A DNA stretch of 64,000 bases, taken from assembly GCA_964036045.1 (NCBI GenBank), contig OZ038378.1, positions 170,128,001-170,192,000 on the forward strand, written 5' to 3'. Position 1 is the stretch's first letter. Every line of letters starts with the position of its first letter. This DNA is from Eutreptiella sp. 'Long Island Sound 2002' (taxonomy: Eukaryota; Protista; Euglenida). The notes below the pieces were generated by a model. It did no database searches and was not told where the DNA came from. It saw only the letters and a program-made list of their open reading frames with translations. The position numbers and the translations under genes are program-made. Positions 35,375 to 48,315 of this stretch are shown one piece after another.

Positions 35375-36708
35375 CTGTGCACAAAAAGGCGCGGGTGTAG
35401 TGCTGTGCTGCATGACAGTACTGCATGCCATACTATTATGTGCTGCAAAGCCGAGGAGAAAAGAGGTTGTGTGCGGAGAAAAGCGTACGACACGTGCTTT
35501 TTTTTCTGTATGCAGTAAGTAACGTGCACTGTTTTTTTTGGTGTAGGTCAGACAGAAGAAACAAAGTGCTTTTTTCTTTTTGATCTACCACAGGGGGATT
35601 TATTTGAAGGGTTTTTTGGGGGGATGGCTAAAATTAGGAGGGGCAATTTTTGGAACTGATCCTTAGAAATGAAGGAAATTTTTGGTATAAGGCCCCTTGC
35701 TTTGCTTCCTAGTGGATGGTTGCTGTTATTTCCTAGTGCGTGCTGGATGGTCACTGTTTTGTCTTGATGGGCTCTGGATGGTTGCTGGATATTTCCTGGT
35801 GGCCTCTGGATGATTGCTGATTGCCCCGCTGGACATGCACCACTGTCCATCTGCACACAACTCTCCTTCTGCCGGGAACGTCAGCAGTCTTGAGGACCTA
35901 CAGAGAACACAGTGTCAGTTGACACCGCATCTCATCTCTATGTTACGCATTCACACTGCATGCAGAGCACAGAAAACCCACCCTTCCTGCAACCTGTGCC
36001 TCGCGCACACATTTTAGCACATCGCATCCTTAAAAATTGAAGGAAATATTTGGTACGAGGTAGGGCTTCCAAATTGTCCACATCAATTTTGTCCCTCTCT
36101 AAGAGTTTCCCCCCGTGCAAAAATAAGTTACGTACAATTCTTTTCAGAACAACAAGGACCACCCAACAACCGCCATTGCTACTGGAGGAGGTGAAGCACA
36201 TAGCCCCAACGGACATCTTGGGTAGCTCCGGAATTGTAAAGCAAAGGAGCCATGGAATGAAGGGTGACTTGAGAGGAGAGAAAAAAGAAGAATGTGCCAC
36301 AAAACATGCAACCACTACAAGAAGTCAGCAAACGCACGTTTGCAGATCAGATCAGACCCCAGGTCTAATGACTTAGGTTTTGCATGTGGATTGATGTTCT
36401 GCGTACAACCCTCATACTTTTTGACGTCCTTGGTCTTGGGCGAAGTGGCTACATAACCCCGTCTTGGGGATCCCCCAAAAGGGGGAGGCAATCAAAATGG
36501 CTACACAACATCTGCTATCTTGGGGGGCCGAATGTGGGCGAAGCGGCTACACATCCTCTGTCGTCTCAAGGAAAAGGGGGGAGGAAATCAAACTGACTCC
36601 TCTCAAAAGAAAGCAAGGTTGGCCGCGAAGGGAAAAAAGCGAAAATGATGTAGGTTGTGAATGGTGTAAGCAACTTGCAGCAAAAAAAAAAAAAAAGCAG
36701 GCAGCTTA

Positions 36709-36832
36709 CGTTTTTTTTAGCAACCTGCATCATAAAAAAAAAATGCACACGGCCTGCAGCAAACAAAAAAAAAGACGCCACTTACGCTTTTTTCATGTGC
36801 AACCTGCATAAAAAAAAGCGTATGCGACTTAC
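36709..36832 (-). repeat. Array of GTAAGY-polyT-TGCAG|GTTGC units resembling miniature spliceosomal introns
   Basis: Minus-strand units at 36804-36832 (29 nt) and 36754-36785 (32 nt), a further acceptor at 36725 and donor at 36709. Plus-strand copies at 37042-37069 and 35515-35546. Confidence 0.65.
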
Positions 36833-37261
36833 ATAAAAAAATGTTTACGCGAAGTACAGCAAAAAACAAACGAACGCCACATGCACGCACACACACACAC
36901 ACACACAAGGGGGGCAGGATGTTTCAAACCATATAAAATGTGCTATATGCTATACATGTCCAACTGTGACAGGCAGCACTGTAAAACACAGTGATGAGGC
37001 ATGCGGCACTGCAGCCTGCATGGGGCCTGCAGGTGTCTCGCGTAAGTTGCGTGATTTTTTTTCCTGTAGGTTGCATGCGTTTTTTTAGTAAATGCACTGT
37101 GGGTCCTTGCCAACTCCCATGCTCACAACATGCAGAGCTCAAACACGGAACCAGTTTTCGGGCGGCCGGCGCTGGGCAATTGGAAAGTGACGGACCGCTG
37201 CTACACTGTAGCTGACGCTAATTTGGACAGTAAATGATGCTGGAGGGCAGAGGGGGCATAC

Positions 37262-37708
37262 CTCCAGATTGGATATGGAGTTGCCTTGCATTACAAAGGG
37301 AGACCCCGAGGAGGAGTGGGGCGCTGCCATGTGGAAGTATGCCCCGTTCGGGGCGCCCATGCCACGGAACGACAGGCTCTCGTGCAGCGGCGGCGCGTCG
37401 TTCTGCGGGAATGGCCGGGGCCGCGGGGCAGGCCCGTGGTAGACAGAGGAGGGCGGCATGGGGACACGGTCCAGGCGCTCCTCCAGAAGCGCGCTGTTGC
37501 TCTTTGCGCCGATGCCGCGCACTTCGAAATCCTTGACACTCTCCATCAGCGGCACAACGGAGGTCTTCAGGACCATGTAGAACTCGTCCAGGATGCGCTG
37601 GCGGCGATCGATGGCGGCCTGCCGCTTCCGCTGCCACGCCAGCAGCGCTTCGATGGCGGCTTGGTCCCCGGGAAGTTTCCTCCGCCGTTTGGTATTCGCC
37701 TCCATGAC
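37262..37708 (-). CDS. Coiled-coil hypothetical protein, exon 7
   Basis: GGACAG|GTC ATG GAG ... CTG GAG|GTATGC. 447 nt, phase 0-0. Encodes VMEANTKRRRKL..AIDRRQRILDEF. Confidence 0.85.
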
Positions 37709-38968
37709 CTGTCCACAGAGGGGGTGTCGGCGGGGCATGCACAACGCACATAGAGGCCAGGCAATACACGCACTGTGGCATGCAACACTGTGGGGTGTGG
37801 GAATGCAGCGCTGCACGCTCGGTGCACTGGGTATCAAAGTGGAGAATGCCACGGTGCTGCCGGCACATCACGTTGCCCCATCCCACAGCGCATGCCACAG
37901 TGCTGTGGCACGCAGCGGCGTGGCGTGTACGACAGCACTGTGGCATGGAGTCATGCGGCATGCATCATGCGGCATGGGGCAGGCTGCAAGACACCCCTTT
38001 GTTTTATGAATGTGGCATGGAGCAATGTGGACGGGAGGCATGCAAATGGTAGCGCGGTGGCCTTGATGTGCCAGCAATACACGGGACTGGAAAAAGGGGG
38101 GGCGGAAAGAGAGTACATATCCGAGGTGTGGAGAAGGCGCATCGCACGGGGGGTTTGCATGGAGAGCACGGGTGTGTACAGAGAGAAGTGGGACGGTTCC
38201 GGAGGGTGGTCATGTCCCTGGCGGGGCGGGAGCATGTTTTGGCCCAAGACACAAGACGCAAAGGAGTTTGCCGAGGAGCAAGGGGGCAGGTTGCCCTACT
38301 CCCAGACCCCCCCCGCGCACACCAGCCCCTGGCAATACGGCACGCCAAAGGGAGCTGGGGGCGCTCATCCTGCGGCGCCTGCGGTACCTGCAGTGCGCCC
38401 TGCGGCGCGCAAACTTGGGCAATTATCGTGCAACAGGGGCAATTGTAGCCTTTGTGAACTGTACTTTTGAATGGGGATCGCAGCGTTTTGAGTATTGTGC
38501 CTCGCCATTGAGCCCGTTTGACCTACAGGGGGGCATCAATGGTCAGGTTGCAGTGTCCGCATTAGGCTCCAGCTGCGCCTGCCCCACAGCTTTCATTACC
38601 TTCTGTCCATCGTGGCGCCTCCAGCGCATTCAGTTTCACCGGCATGTTCAGCCTGCTCCCTCCCCAAATGGTTGGGGTTGCGACCTTCAGGACTCTATTT
38701 GGTTAGGCGTACATCCTGGTCAGTGGTCACTCCTTCACCAGGTGCTATTGCTAGCTGGCTCTCATTTGGCCCTCCCCGGTTCCGGCTGGCTGTCGGTCCT
38801 TAGGTTGAAAAACCCAGTGGGTACAGGGTGTCGGTTCGGGGTCAATGCAATACATACAACATACAGCAAGGGGAGGGGTTTGCCTCAGCACATGGCGCCT
38901 AGTATAGGGAGAAAACCTAGATGATACCTAGATAGTCGTCGATCATATCACGAAACCTACACATTTCG

Positions 38969-39038
38969 AGCCCCCCCCCGGAATTGAACCCGGCACCTCC
39001 GGCCAGTGCACGATCCCTTTAGCCACTATGCTATACCA
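38969..39038 (-). repeat. tRNA-derived relic (SINE-head-like)
   Basis: The minus strand has an A-box-like TAGCATAGTGG and a B-box GGTTCAATTCC, but no intact cloverleaf. Confidence 0.5.
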
Positions 39039-40054
39039 ACGAGGTCTGATTTCCTGCCCCACTGGCAGAACAGGCGGGGCCGTCCCACCGCATAGTGCAT
39101 CCCAGCCCTCCCCGGGGTTCGAACTACCGCCTGCGGAATGCGAGACCCGCCACATCCCATTCATCAACAGGGACGATACAGGCCTACGGCATTCTGGGGA
39201 ATGGGGGTGGATCTGTGAGAAACCCAGTGGGTTCAGGATGTAGGTTCGAAGGTCAAGGCACCACATACAACATACAGCAGGGGAGGCGTGATCTGTTTTG
39301 CTGGGAGGTTGGTCGGGGCGGTTGGGGCACGGGGGTGGGGGGGGGATTGGTGCCAAGTCAAATTGGCTGTGCAAAATTTGGCTGTGGGAAATTTGGCGGA
39401 AGCCCCTGGATTTCGTGTGGTAAATTTGGTGGACACCACCAGAACCCCACCCCACCCCCCAGGCACCAGCCCTGCAGACAGTGTCGTTTAACAATCTGAA
39501 AAAAAAATGCCATGAGAGTGTTTTCTGGCAGAAGAGACACTGCTGCGGGCCCCCGTCTCATTGGAAAAAAGAGGGGAAGAGCCGAGAGCAAGGAGAGGGG
39601 GGGTAGACAGTTGACGGTAGACATCAGACAAAATTTGGCCCAAACTCAAAGGCGATTTGGCTGTGGGAAATTTGGCGGAAGCCCCTGGATTGGGCATTTG
39701 GTAAAACCTCGTATGCGCCGTAGTAAAACATAGTAAAATGTAGTAAAACCTAGTAAAAAAAAATTTTTTCCAAAAAAAATTTTAAAAACTTTTTTTACTA
39801 GGTAAAAAAAGCAAAATTTTTAAAACATTTTCCTTACTAGGTTACCAGGTAGTCACAAATTTGGACTTGAATTTGAACAAAAAACACAAAGTTTATGGGG
39901 GGGGGGGGGTCAACGGTAGGTGGTATTTGTGTTTCAGGGCATGGTGCCCCATGGTCGATTCCACGCCACTTGTGTAAGTGGCGCCCCACCCGGGCGAAAC
40001 CGTCAGCAGAAACAAAATGAGGCTCAGGAAAAGAAGGAGCTTTTATATCACAAA

Positions 40055-41563
40055 TTACTGCACCCCTCTCCCCTTAAATCTAGCTAACAAGCAAGCAACA
40101 AGCAACAAGCAAGCACTTCTCCTTTCCGTTTTGGCCATTGCTCCGCCTCATCGCTCCGGGCTCTACTCTACTCTAGCCATCCTAGAGCCTAGGTGGTGCC
40201 CTTGCCAAATCTAAGTTTTGAGCCAAAAACTCACCGGTGGCGCCCCGGGCGGGGGCACCAACTTGGGAGGTGCCCTCCCAAAACTGTGCATTTTGTGCCC
40301 CCAAAACAGCCTTTTTCTGCCCAAAATGGCCCCGAAACCCAGTCAAAACGGCCAAACAAAGGCAAACGGTTCCTACACTACACGTGCGCCTTGATTGCCC
40401 CGTGACCAAGAGCCCTTTCTTGCTCTCTAGCTCCACGATATGTCCGAGAAACGGCCCAAAAATGGCCAAAAATGGCCTGAGTGTGCGCTGTTTGTGTCAA
40501 ACAAGCCCGAAACCAAGAACGGGCCGTATCTTGGGCTACGTGGCTCAAAACCGAATTCCGAGGGCACCTAGTCCACCCGCAACCCCCCGCTTTTTGTGGT
40601 TTCCAAGCCTCGGAATCGCCCAACGAGCCGCCTAGACCCCTGTACCAGTGGTCACTTGGTGCAGCCGGAGGGCAGCTTGGCCCGCGCACCGTTGGGGCCA
40701 ACGGTGGGTCCACCGTCGTCCCCGGGGCGAAAAAAATGATTTTTTTCAAAGTTGTTCCTAGACCACTTGGGATGCTCAAACAAGTGTTTTTAGCCCGTTT
40801 TGAGCCCATGGTGGTGCGTTTTGGCCCATGGAAAATCCCAAAATGCCTTGAAAATGGGCCGTTTCGGGACCAAAAATGGGTCAAAAACGGGCCAAAAACG
40901 CATTTTTCCAAAAGTCATCCTGGACCATAATGGGTGCTCAAACAAGTGTTTTTAGCCCATTTTGAGCCTGAGATCACGCATTTTGGCCCATGGAAAAGGC
41001 CAAAATGCCTTGAAAATGGGCCGTTTTGGGACCAAAAATGGGTCAATAATGGGTCAAAAACGCGTTCTTTCAAAAGGTATCTTGGACCATTTGGGATGCT
41101 CACACCAGTGCTTTTAGCCCAATTGGAGCCCATGGTGACGCGTTTTGGCCCCCGGAAAACCCCAAAAATGCCTTGAAAAGGGGCCGTTTTGGGAGCAAAA
41201 ATGGGTGAAAATGGGTCAAAAACGCAATCTTTCAAAAGTGATCCTGGACCATTCGGGATGTTCAAACAAGTGTTTTTAGCCCATTTGGAGCCCGAGGTGA
41301 TGCGTTTTAGGCCATGGCAAATCCCAAAATGCCTTGAAAAGGGGCCATTTTGGGACCAAAAATGGGTCAAAAATGGGTCAAATACGTGTTTTTCCAAAAG
41401 TGATCTCGGGCGTTTGGGGTGCACAAACAAGGGAAATGAGCCCATTTTCAAACGGTTTTGACCCAGTTTAGCCTCTTCCGCCCCACGTATGCACCAAGTT
41501 GTACCTTTCCCACGTAGCGCATGGTGGAGCCAGCTAGAGTTGGGGGGAGGGGTGTAGATTAGA

Positions 41564-41566
<3 letters not shown>
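40055..41566. mobile_element. Non-autonomous TIR element, copy 1, with ~4.3 x 162-bp internal subrepeats, followed by (TA)n
   Basis: Left CTGCACCCCTCTCCC (40058-72) and right GGGGGAGGGGTGTAG (41543-57). Subrepeat anchors at 40771, 40933, 41095, 41257 and 41418. Confidence 0.75.

Positions 41567-41616
<50 letters not shown>
41567..41616. repeat. (TA)25 microsatellite between the two TIR element copies
   Basis: Direct reading. Confidence 0.95.
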
Positions 41617-41619
<3 letters not shown>

Positions 41620-42807
41620 CTACACCCCTCTCCCCTTAAATTTAGCTAACAACAACAAGCAACAACAACAACACGTCTCCTTGCCGTTTTGGCCATTGCT
41701 CCGTCCCAACGCTTCGGATCTTTTCCCCATGTAGCCATCTTGGAGCCTAGGTGGTGGCCTTGCCAAATCCAAGTTTTGAGCCAAAAACTCACCGGTGGCG
41801 GCCCGGGGCGGTGGCGCCAAGTCGGGAGGTGCCCTCCCAAATCTGCGCAGTTTTGGGCCAAAAACAGCCATTTTTCGCCCAAAACAGCCCTGGTAAGGGT
41901 TCAAAACAGCCAAGCGAAGGCAAACGGCTGCTACATTCCACGTGCGGCTTGACTTTCTCGTGACCAAGGGACCTTTGGTGCCCTCTAACTCCACGATATG
42001 TCCGAGAACCGGCCCAAAAAGGTGCCAAAAAGCCCCAAAAAATGCGCCATGTGCACCAGCACCCCGAAACCAAGAACGGGCTGTATCTTGGGCTACGTGG
42101 CTCAAAAACAAATTCCGAGGGCACCTAGTCCACCCGCAACCCCCCACTTTTTATGGTTTCCAAGCCTCGGAATCGCCCAACGAGACACGTAGACCCCCGT
42201 ACCAGTGGTCACTTGGTGCAGCCGGAGGGCCGGCCAGCCCACGCACAGTGGGGGCCAACGGTGGGTCCACCAGGGTCCCCGGGGCGAAAAAAATGATTTT
42301 TTCCAAAGTTGTTCCTAGACCACTTGGGATGCTCAAACAAGTGTTTTTAGGCCGTTTTGAGCCCGTGGTGGCGCGGTTTGGGCCATGGAAAATCCCAAAA
42401 TGCCTTGAAAATGGGCCGTTTTGGGACCAACAATGGGTCAAAAATGGGTCAAAAACGCGTTTTTTCAAAAATGATCGTGGACCATTTATGATGCTCAAAC
42501 AAGTGGTTTTAGCCCATTTTGAGCCCGTGGCGACGTGTTTTGGCTCATGGAAAATCCCAAAATGCCTTGAAAATGGGCCATTTTGGGACCAAAAATGGGT
42601 CAAAAATGGGTCAAAAACGCGTTTTTCCAAAAGTGATCCCGGACCATTTGGGATGCTCAAACAAGTGTTTTGAGCCCATTTTGAGCCCGTTTTGACCGAG
42701 TTTAGCCCCTTCCACCACATGTATGCACCCCTTTGTACCCTTCGCACGTACCTTAGAGCCGTGTGGTGGAGCCACCTAGAGTTGGGAGAGGGGTGTAGAT
42801 TGGAGGA
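41617..42807. mobile_element. Non-autonomous TIR element, copy 2, with ~2.3 x 162-bp subrepeats, flanked by (TA)n on both sides
   Basis: Perfect 15-bp inverted repeat CTACACCCCTCTCCC (41620-34) / GGGAGAGGGGTGTAG (42784-98). Subrepeat anchors at 42328, 42490 and 42652. It is 321 bp shorter than copy 1, about two units. Confidence 0.8.
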
Positions 42808-43403
42808 TATATATATATATATATATATATATGCATATATGAGGTGCACACACGCGTGCTTTATGCGATACCTATTAAAAAAATTTTTCACTAGGTTCTG
42901 AAACCTAGTTGAAAAAAAACTTTTTTTTTACTAGGTTCCCGATACCTAGTAAGAACTAGTGAACCTAGTAAACTGTTACCTAGTAAAAAAAAGAATTTTC
43001 AAAAAAAAAATTTACGAGGCTTTACTACAGACCCCCCTGGATTTCGGGTTGTAAATTTGGCGGCCAAATTGAAACGCCAAATTTCCCACGCCAAATTTAC
43101 TGCCCACCAAATCCCCCCCGTCTCCCTGTACTTCCTTTACCCCAATTTGAGGGAAATTAAAGCAGTGCTACTTACCCTGACACTGATTACCCTTACCCTG
43201 CGGCGCCTGCAGCGCGCAGTAAGCGCTCCTGGCCCCAACGCCACCAGTCTCCTCATCCACTGCCCTGCCATGACTCCCCCCTTTCAGTGAGCCCTCCCGG
43301 CACATGAATCCCCCGTCTCCCTCCGTGGGTGGAGGCCGCCGCAAATGGGGGGGGTGGGTGGCAGAATGCGGAGCCACAGGTCTGTACAAAGGGGATTTGA
43401 GAC

Positions 43404-43765
43404 CTCGAGGCGTTTGTGCACGATCTGCACCATCTTGTCCATGTCGTTGCGCTCCTCTTCGATGTCGCGCGATATTTCCTGCAGTTTGGCGGCGACGGCT
43501 TTGGTGGCCTCCATGTGCACGTCGGGGCCGTAGGGCAGTTCCTTATCGCAGCCCTTGCAGCGTTTGGGGAACTCAGTCTTGCATTCGTAGCAGTAGGCCC
43601 AGTCGTGGTCCTCTTGCTCCGTCAGGAACGTTGTGGATGGCTCTGGAGGCGCGGGCATGGGGTCGGTCTCCGTGCTGACGTGCTGGCGCGGCGGCGGCGG
43701 CGGCGGGGCCGCTGTGTTCACGCCGGCATCCCGGACTTCCTTATTGACCGGCAACGGCTTCCGCT
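43404..43765 (-). CDS. Coiled-coil hypothetical protein, exon 6 (contains a CxxC-x7-CxxC motif)
   Basis: TTTTGTCCTGCAG|AG CGG ... CTC GAG|GTCTCA. 362 nt, phase 1-0, matching exon 5. Encodes CYECKTEFPKRCKGC. Confidence 0.85.
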
Positions 43766-44353
43766 CTGCAGGACAAAACAGATGATTTCGATGCAAAAAT
43801 GTGGCGTCGCACAGCCGCCCAGGGCTGCCAAATGCTGCACGTTCTTAGCAGTAGTGCTGGGTGTTAATACTTCCACGAAACTATTATCATTATGACCGGA
43901 GGTCTTTAATTATGATCATAACTGTAATGCCGGCGAGCCCTCGCACAAACTTTCCAGCGCTCGCGTAACACTTGCCGCTGTCAATGGTGCGCGCATGTCC
44001 ATTGCACGTTGTTGGCAAGACAGGCAAGACAGTGCCTGTGTGCTTTTGTGAGCCCGACATGGGAGAGGCTGTGCAGCCATTGTTCTCCCCCATCTTCCGG
44101 CCACCCCCACAGAAAGGTTCCCAACAAATACACCCAAAATGATTAGCACGACGTGACGATCATCTTGATCATTCTGTCATTATGGTGGGACAGCGACCCC
44201 CACCCCCGCACCGCCCACCCGGGAGCCCAGGCACAGTTACTCAGCCTTGAGGGCAACCCCCATCCCTATGCCAAGTGTTTCCCAGTTATTTTCTCTGTCA
44301 GACGCTATCCAGTTGGGGGCTTGGGCCCGCAATGAGCCCTCTGAAATTCTTAC

Positions 44354-44699
44354 CATTACGCAAATATAGCGTTGATTCTGGGCAATGCGTGCAAAGTGTT
44401 TGGACAAGCAGCGGACTATCGCCACCTCCCGCCTTCAGTTTCATCAGCTGCAGTTCCATTTGCCCCTTCTCAATTGCCGCGTCCTCTTTAAACTGCTGAA
44501 ACTCAGCGAACAGCGCGTCGTACTGGGGCTTCAGCGTCAAATACTGCTGAGCCTGCTCTTGTAGAGATCCACATTCCTCTGCCAGTCGCCCGTTCTCTGC
44601 CTTCAATTCGTCCAGCTGTGCCTTCAGATCCTCCAAGGCCTCTCCTGCAGCATCTTTGGCTAGGCCGTCGATCTCCTTGAACTTGTTTTTGATGTGGAA
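44354..44699 (-). CDS. Coiled-coil hypothetical protein, exon 5
   Basis: CTCCACAG|TTC CAC ... AAT G|GTAAGA. 346 nt, phase 0-1. Heptad-rich LEDLKAQLDELKAENGRLAEE. Confidence 0.88.
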
Positions 44700-45753
44700 C
44701 TGTGGAGGGGCGTGGGACAGGAGCAGCACACAGGGGACTTTCAGGGGGCAAGGGGTAGGGGGCCATAGGGAGCGCTTCTGCCGTGCCATAGGTGCACTGC
44801 AGTCGCACCATAGAGTAAGGGTAAATAGCTTTGGTGTACACTGTCAAGGAAACCAGCAAGAGGACATCAAAAGCCCATGCAAGTTGATCATTTGACACCC
44901 TCACTCTCCACAGGGCTTCGTCCCAAACATGCACTTTGGGCAATCGCCCTGTGGACCATAGGGTTGGTGCTTGATGTTGCGCTTGTTGATGGACTGCTGG
45001 ATGTGACCCATGGCCTAGAGGATCCGTTGTAGTCACAAGACACACTCCTCGCACGCCATCCCCAGCGTGGTGTGGACATCATGCCCGGTCTGGCAATGGG
45101 ATGCTCTCCACACCCCCAAGCAAAGGAACAAAGGAGTACCCATCATTGTACTGTGCTTGCCACCTTGGGTGATCCTTATTCTTTGTCTTGGAAAAAGGAG
45201 TAAAAAAACTCCTTTCTTCCAGGGAAGCCGCTGTATAGTAACATCACCCCCTCCTTCTGAAGACGTTTGATCTGCGGGCCATTTTCTTTGAAGATGCACA
45301 TATCGCTTTGCACACGGCATGAAAGCCCAAGGCCCAAAACGGAGAGAATTCAAATGGTTGCATAACCCTTGCCAAGAGAACTCAGATAGCTGCATAGCTG
45401 TCTCCGGAGAGGAGCGACATGGCTACAAAACCCATACCGCATCGGTTAAGAGCAACAAGTGCTCCATTTGTGAGGAGAAAAAGCCCAAAAGTGTACAAAA
45501 GAAATCCGACGAAAATGGCAGAAAGAGATGGCATATCTTTGGCAGCATATCCACCAAGCTGCAGGGTGAATGGGTGGGCTTTGGGTGGCAAGTAGGGACC
45601 CCCCTCCCTATTTTGAGGGTGGGGAACTAAAAAAAAGCATGTTTATGATGAGAAATCAGATGTTGGGTAATCAATGAGCTCTTATGGTTGAATTTGACCC
45701 ACATTTTAGCTATTTGTATTTCTGTTAGGATCAGGCTAAGGGACCTGGGGTGT

Positions 45754-45777
45754 TGGGTTGGGTTGGGTTGGGTTGGG
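45754..45777. repeat. (TTGGG)n microsatellite
   Basis: Direct reading, about 5 units. Confidence 0.85.
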
Positions 45778-46621
45778 TCAAGGCAACACCTGGTCGCCAA
45801 CCCAAGGTCCGCGCCGCTCTCCCTGGGGGACCCGACTGGGCGGCCATAACTTGGTGTCGCCCCCAGACCCCGCGGTGGACCTCGCGGGCGGGAGACGCCA
45901 CCGTGTCTGTGTGTATATGCCCTATGTTTCTGGGGGGGGGGGGGGGGGGCTGTGGCACCTGCTTGCTCCACTGTTGGTCGGCGTCAGCGCACATGGCGCG
46001 GGGAAGTGTGTGCCTGGTGCTCCAGGCCCCGGCAGGGAGGCCGGAGAGCCCGACGCCAAGCCCACCGGGGGAGATGTGGGCCTAGGCTCGCAACCTCCAC
46101 GTCACAAGGACATGCTACCCAACCGCTGCACGACTGCCTGCTAGCACGGGAAAGTGGTGGTACGTGGCACGACTGGGGTCAGACCCGCACTCCTTGACTG
46201 CCTTTGGCACAGGTGGTGCTGCCACGTGGGCTGGGTCTGGCTCCCCACTGCCGAAGGCACACCCTAGGCAGGTGGAGGGGCCCCAGGGCGCACAGAATGC
46301 TTTCCTGGGGTGCCGCCAGTGCTAGCTGCACAGGCTACGGCACTACAGCCTGCGTAGACGAGGGGGCCCAGAGGGCACCACACCGGAATGACCTCTCCGT
46401 TGAGGGACCAGGGGGGGGGGAGGGGGTTTGGGGGCCTCAAGGGGTAGAGGTGACCCACCCACCCCCCCACCCCCCCCCCGGGGGGGGGGGGGGGGGATAT
46501 ACCTTCGCTTGGTTGGCCCGCACTGGCTGTAGTTCGGAAAGTCGCCACTCTTCGGGACACTTTGTGGTCCCCTATATCCCACAATGAATAACAGTGGATC
46601 GTGACATCCCCTAATATTCCA

Positions 46622-46688
46622 CCCACTTGGAATCGAATCAAGGACCTTCCATCCTATGATCATGCTGTTAACCATTCAACTACCTTCC
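46622..46688 (-). repeat. Degenerate tRNA-Met-like relic
   Basis: Minus strand GGTAGTTGAATGGTTAACAGCATGATCATAGGATGGAAGGTCCTTGATTCGATTCC has an A-box, CAT at the anticodon position and a B-box-like GATTCGATTCC. Stems are poorly paired. Confidence 0.45.
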
Positions 46689-48315
46689 TTAGCCGACAAA
46701 TCTTATGCAATAGGCGCCTCATTGGGTGAGCACTATGTTAAAATTTGCAATGCCCCTGAGTCCCAAGGTTCGCACACCCAGCACCCAAGAAAATCCCACC
46801 CATCCCCCCCAGGGGGGGGTCCATGCCTCCCAAAAACCATTGAAAAAGGCCTTTGACCCACCCACCCTTACCCCCCCCCCCCCCGCCACCGTAGTGTGTC
46901 TGACACACTAAGCAATAGCCTGCTTAAGATCCTGACAGCAGTGATGTCATGTCCTATTTTTGCACCTCCTAACCCTGGCCCCAGTACCCAACCCCACCCA
47001 TCCAATACCATCCAATACATTTACCCGGTGACCCTGCGGCCTGGTGGATCTACTGCCAAAGGTATGCCATCAGGGTGTATTTCATGTAAAGAAACCTACG
47101 TATAGGTATGTGCCACTATAAGTCTCGTGTTCTGCGATAATTACCCAAAGTAGCACACTGCAGGTGCACAAGCGCTGCACAAAACAAGAGCCCTCAAACA
47201 CAACAGCAGAATGGGTGTTGTAAATAGGGAAGGGGCTACACACAGCCTGTACCAGGGGAGTCATGTGGGAGACTCCACACAGAGTGCAGGATGCAATGGG
47301 AGTGGGTAAGGAGGCGAAATAGGCGGCAGGCAGAGCAAAACACAGGAGGGCCTTTCCACACATAGGAGGTGAGGTCCGTATGAGCAGGCAGAGAAAAGAT
47401 ACACCTGGGAAGGTGGAGCGATGTATAAAGAACAAGAGCCATAGAAGGAGCTATTTGCAAGATTCTTCTAGTGGGAGCTACGTTGCCAGGGGAGGGGGGG
47501 GAGCACCATAAAGGAGCTGAAGGAGTATGCCAGTTGATACTTCCGGGTGTACGTAGGGGGTGGGTGAATATGCTGGCTGGCACTTCTAGGCGTACGTACG
47601 TGTTTGCCTTTTGAGGAGAGAATCCTCCACTAATGGATAGTCGGTTGTTCAGTTGTTTCGTTGGGTTGGTTGTCAACCCATTGGATTGGGGTTTGGAAGG
47701 AGGCGGGTTAAAAAAATTGCGGGAGGTGGGGTGCCCACTTGGCTGACCGCAAAAGACATGGAAAATTATTTTTACTGGGTGAGAGTTGAGAGGGGGTGGG
47801 GGGGATGACTTGAAATAACCTCAATTGTTGCTGTGCAAGCATTTGCTGCTGCTTCAGCATCAATTGGATGTGTCCTCTGATGGTTGGGTAGCTACAGTGG
47901 GCAATTTTTTTGCAGTTCTGGGGCTTTGTGGGCACCTACCTTTACCCACTTCTTCCACCACACTGGAGTGGATACACCACTCCTGCTGCGAAAGTTCTGA
48001 CTCACGCATTGTGTTTGTCGCTATTTTAGGGCACAGACATCTTTTTGTGCACCTATGCATTTTTTGGAGTCCTGGTCCCTTCTGTGGTTATGTCCACTGG
48101 CGTTTGCAGCCTGCAGCACACCACCTTGGAGACCTGATACTTCATTTCCCTGTAATGGCGGACTGCTTCTCGGGACAAATTGCGCCACGATCTTTACGAT
48201 CTGCAGGACCTGTTGCCCCAGAAACTGTGGGACAGATCTTGTCTTGAAACCTGTGATCCCCTTCTAGTTCCTCTCGTGGTACACAGGGGGAGCTGAATAT
48301 AGAGGGGGACCAGAC

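Noticed and set aside
34716-35522. Overlapping alternative-frame and antisense ORFs over exon 8 and over the retroelements
   Set aside because: These are shadows of GC-rich or strand-biased coding sequence with no independent support.
40378-42891. Long ORFs with 54-aa repeats on both strands
   Set aside because: An artefact of a 162-bp (3n) tandem unit. The ORFs are open on both strands, lie inside a TIR element within an intron, and show no domain.
38969-46688. Functional tRNA genes
   Set aside because: Only box motifs are present; acceptor and anticodon stems do not pair.
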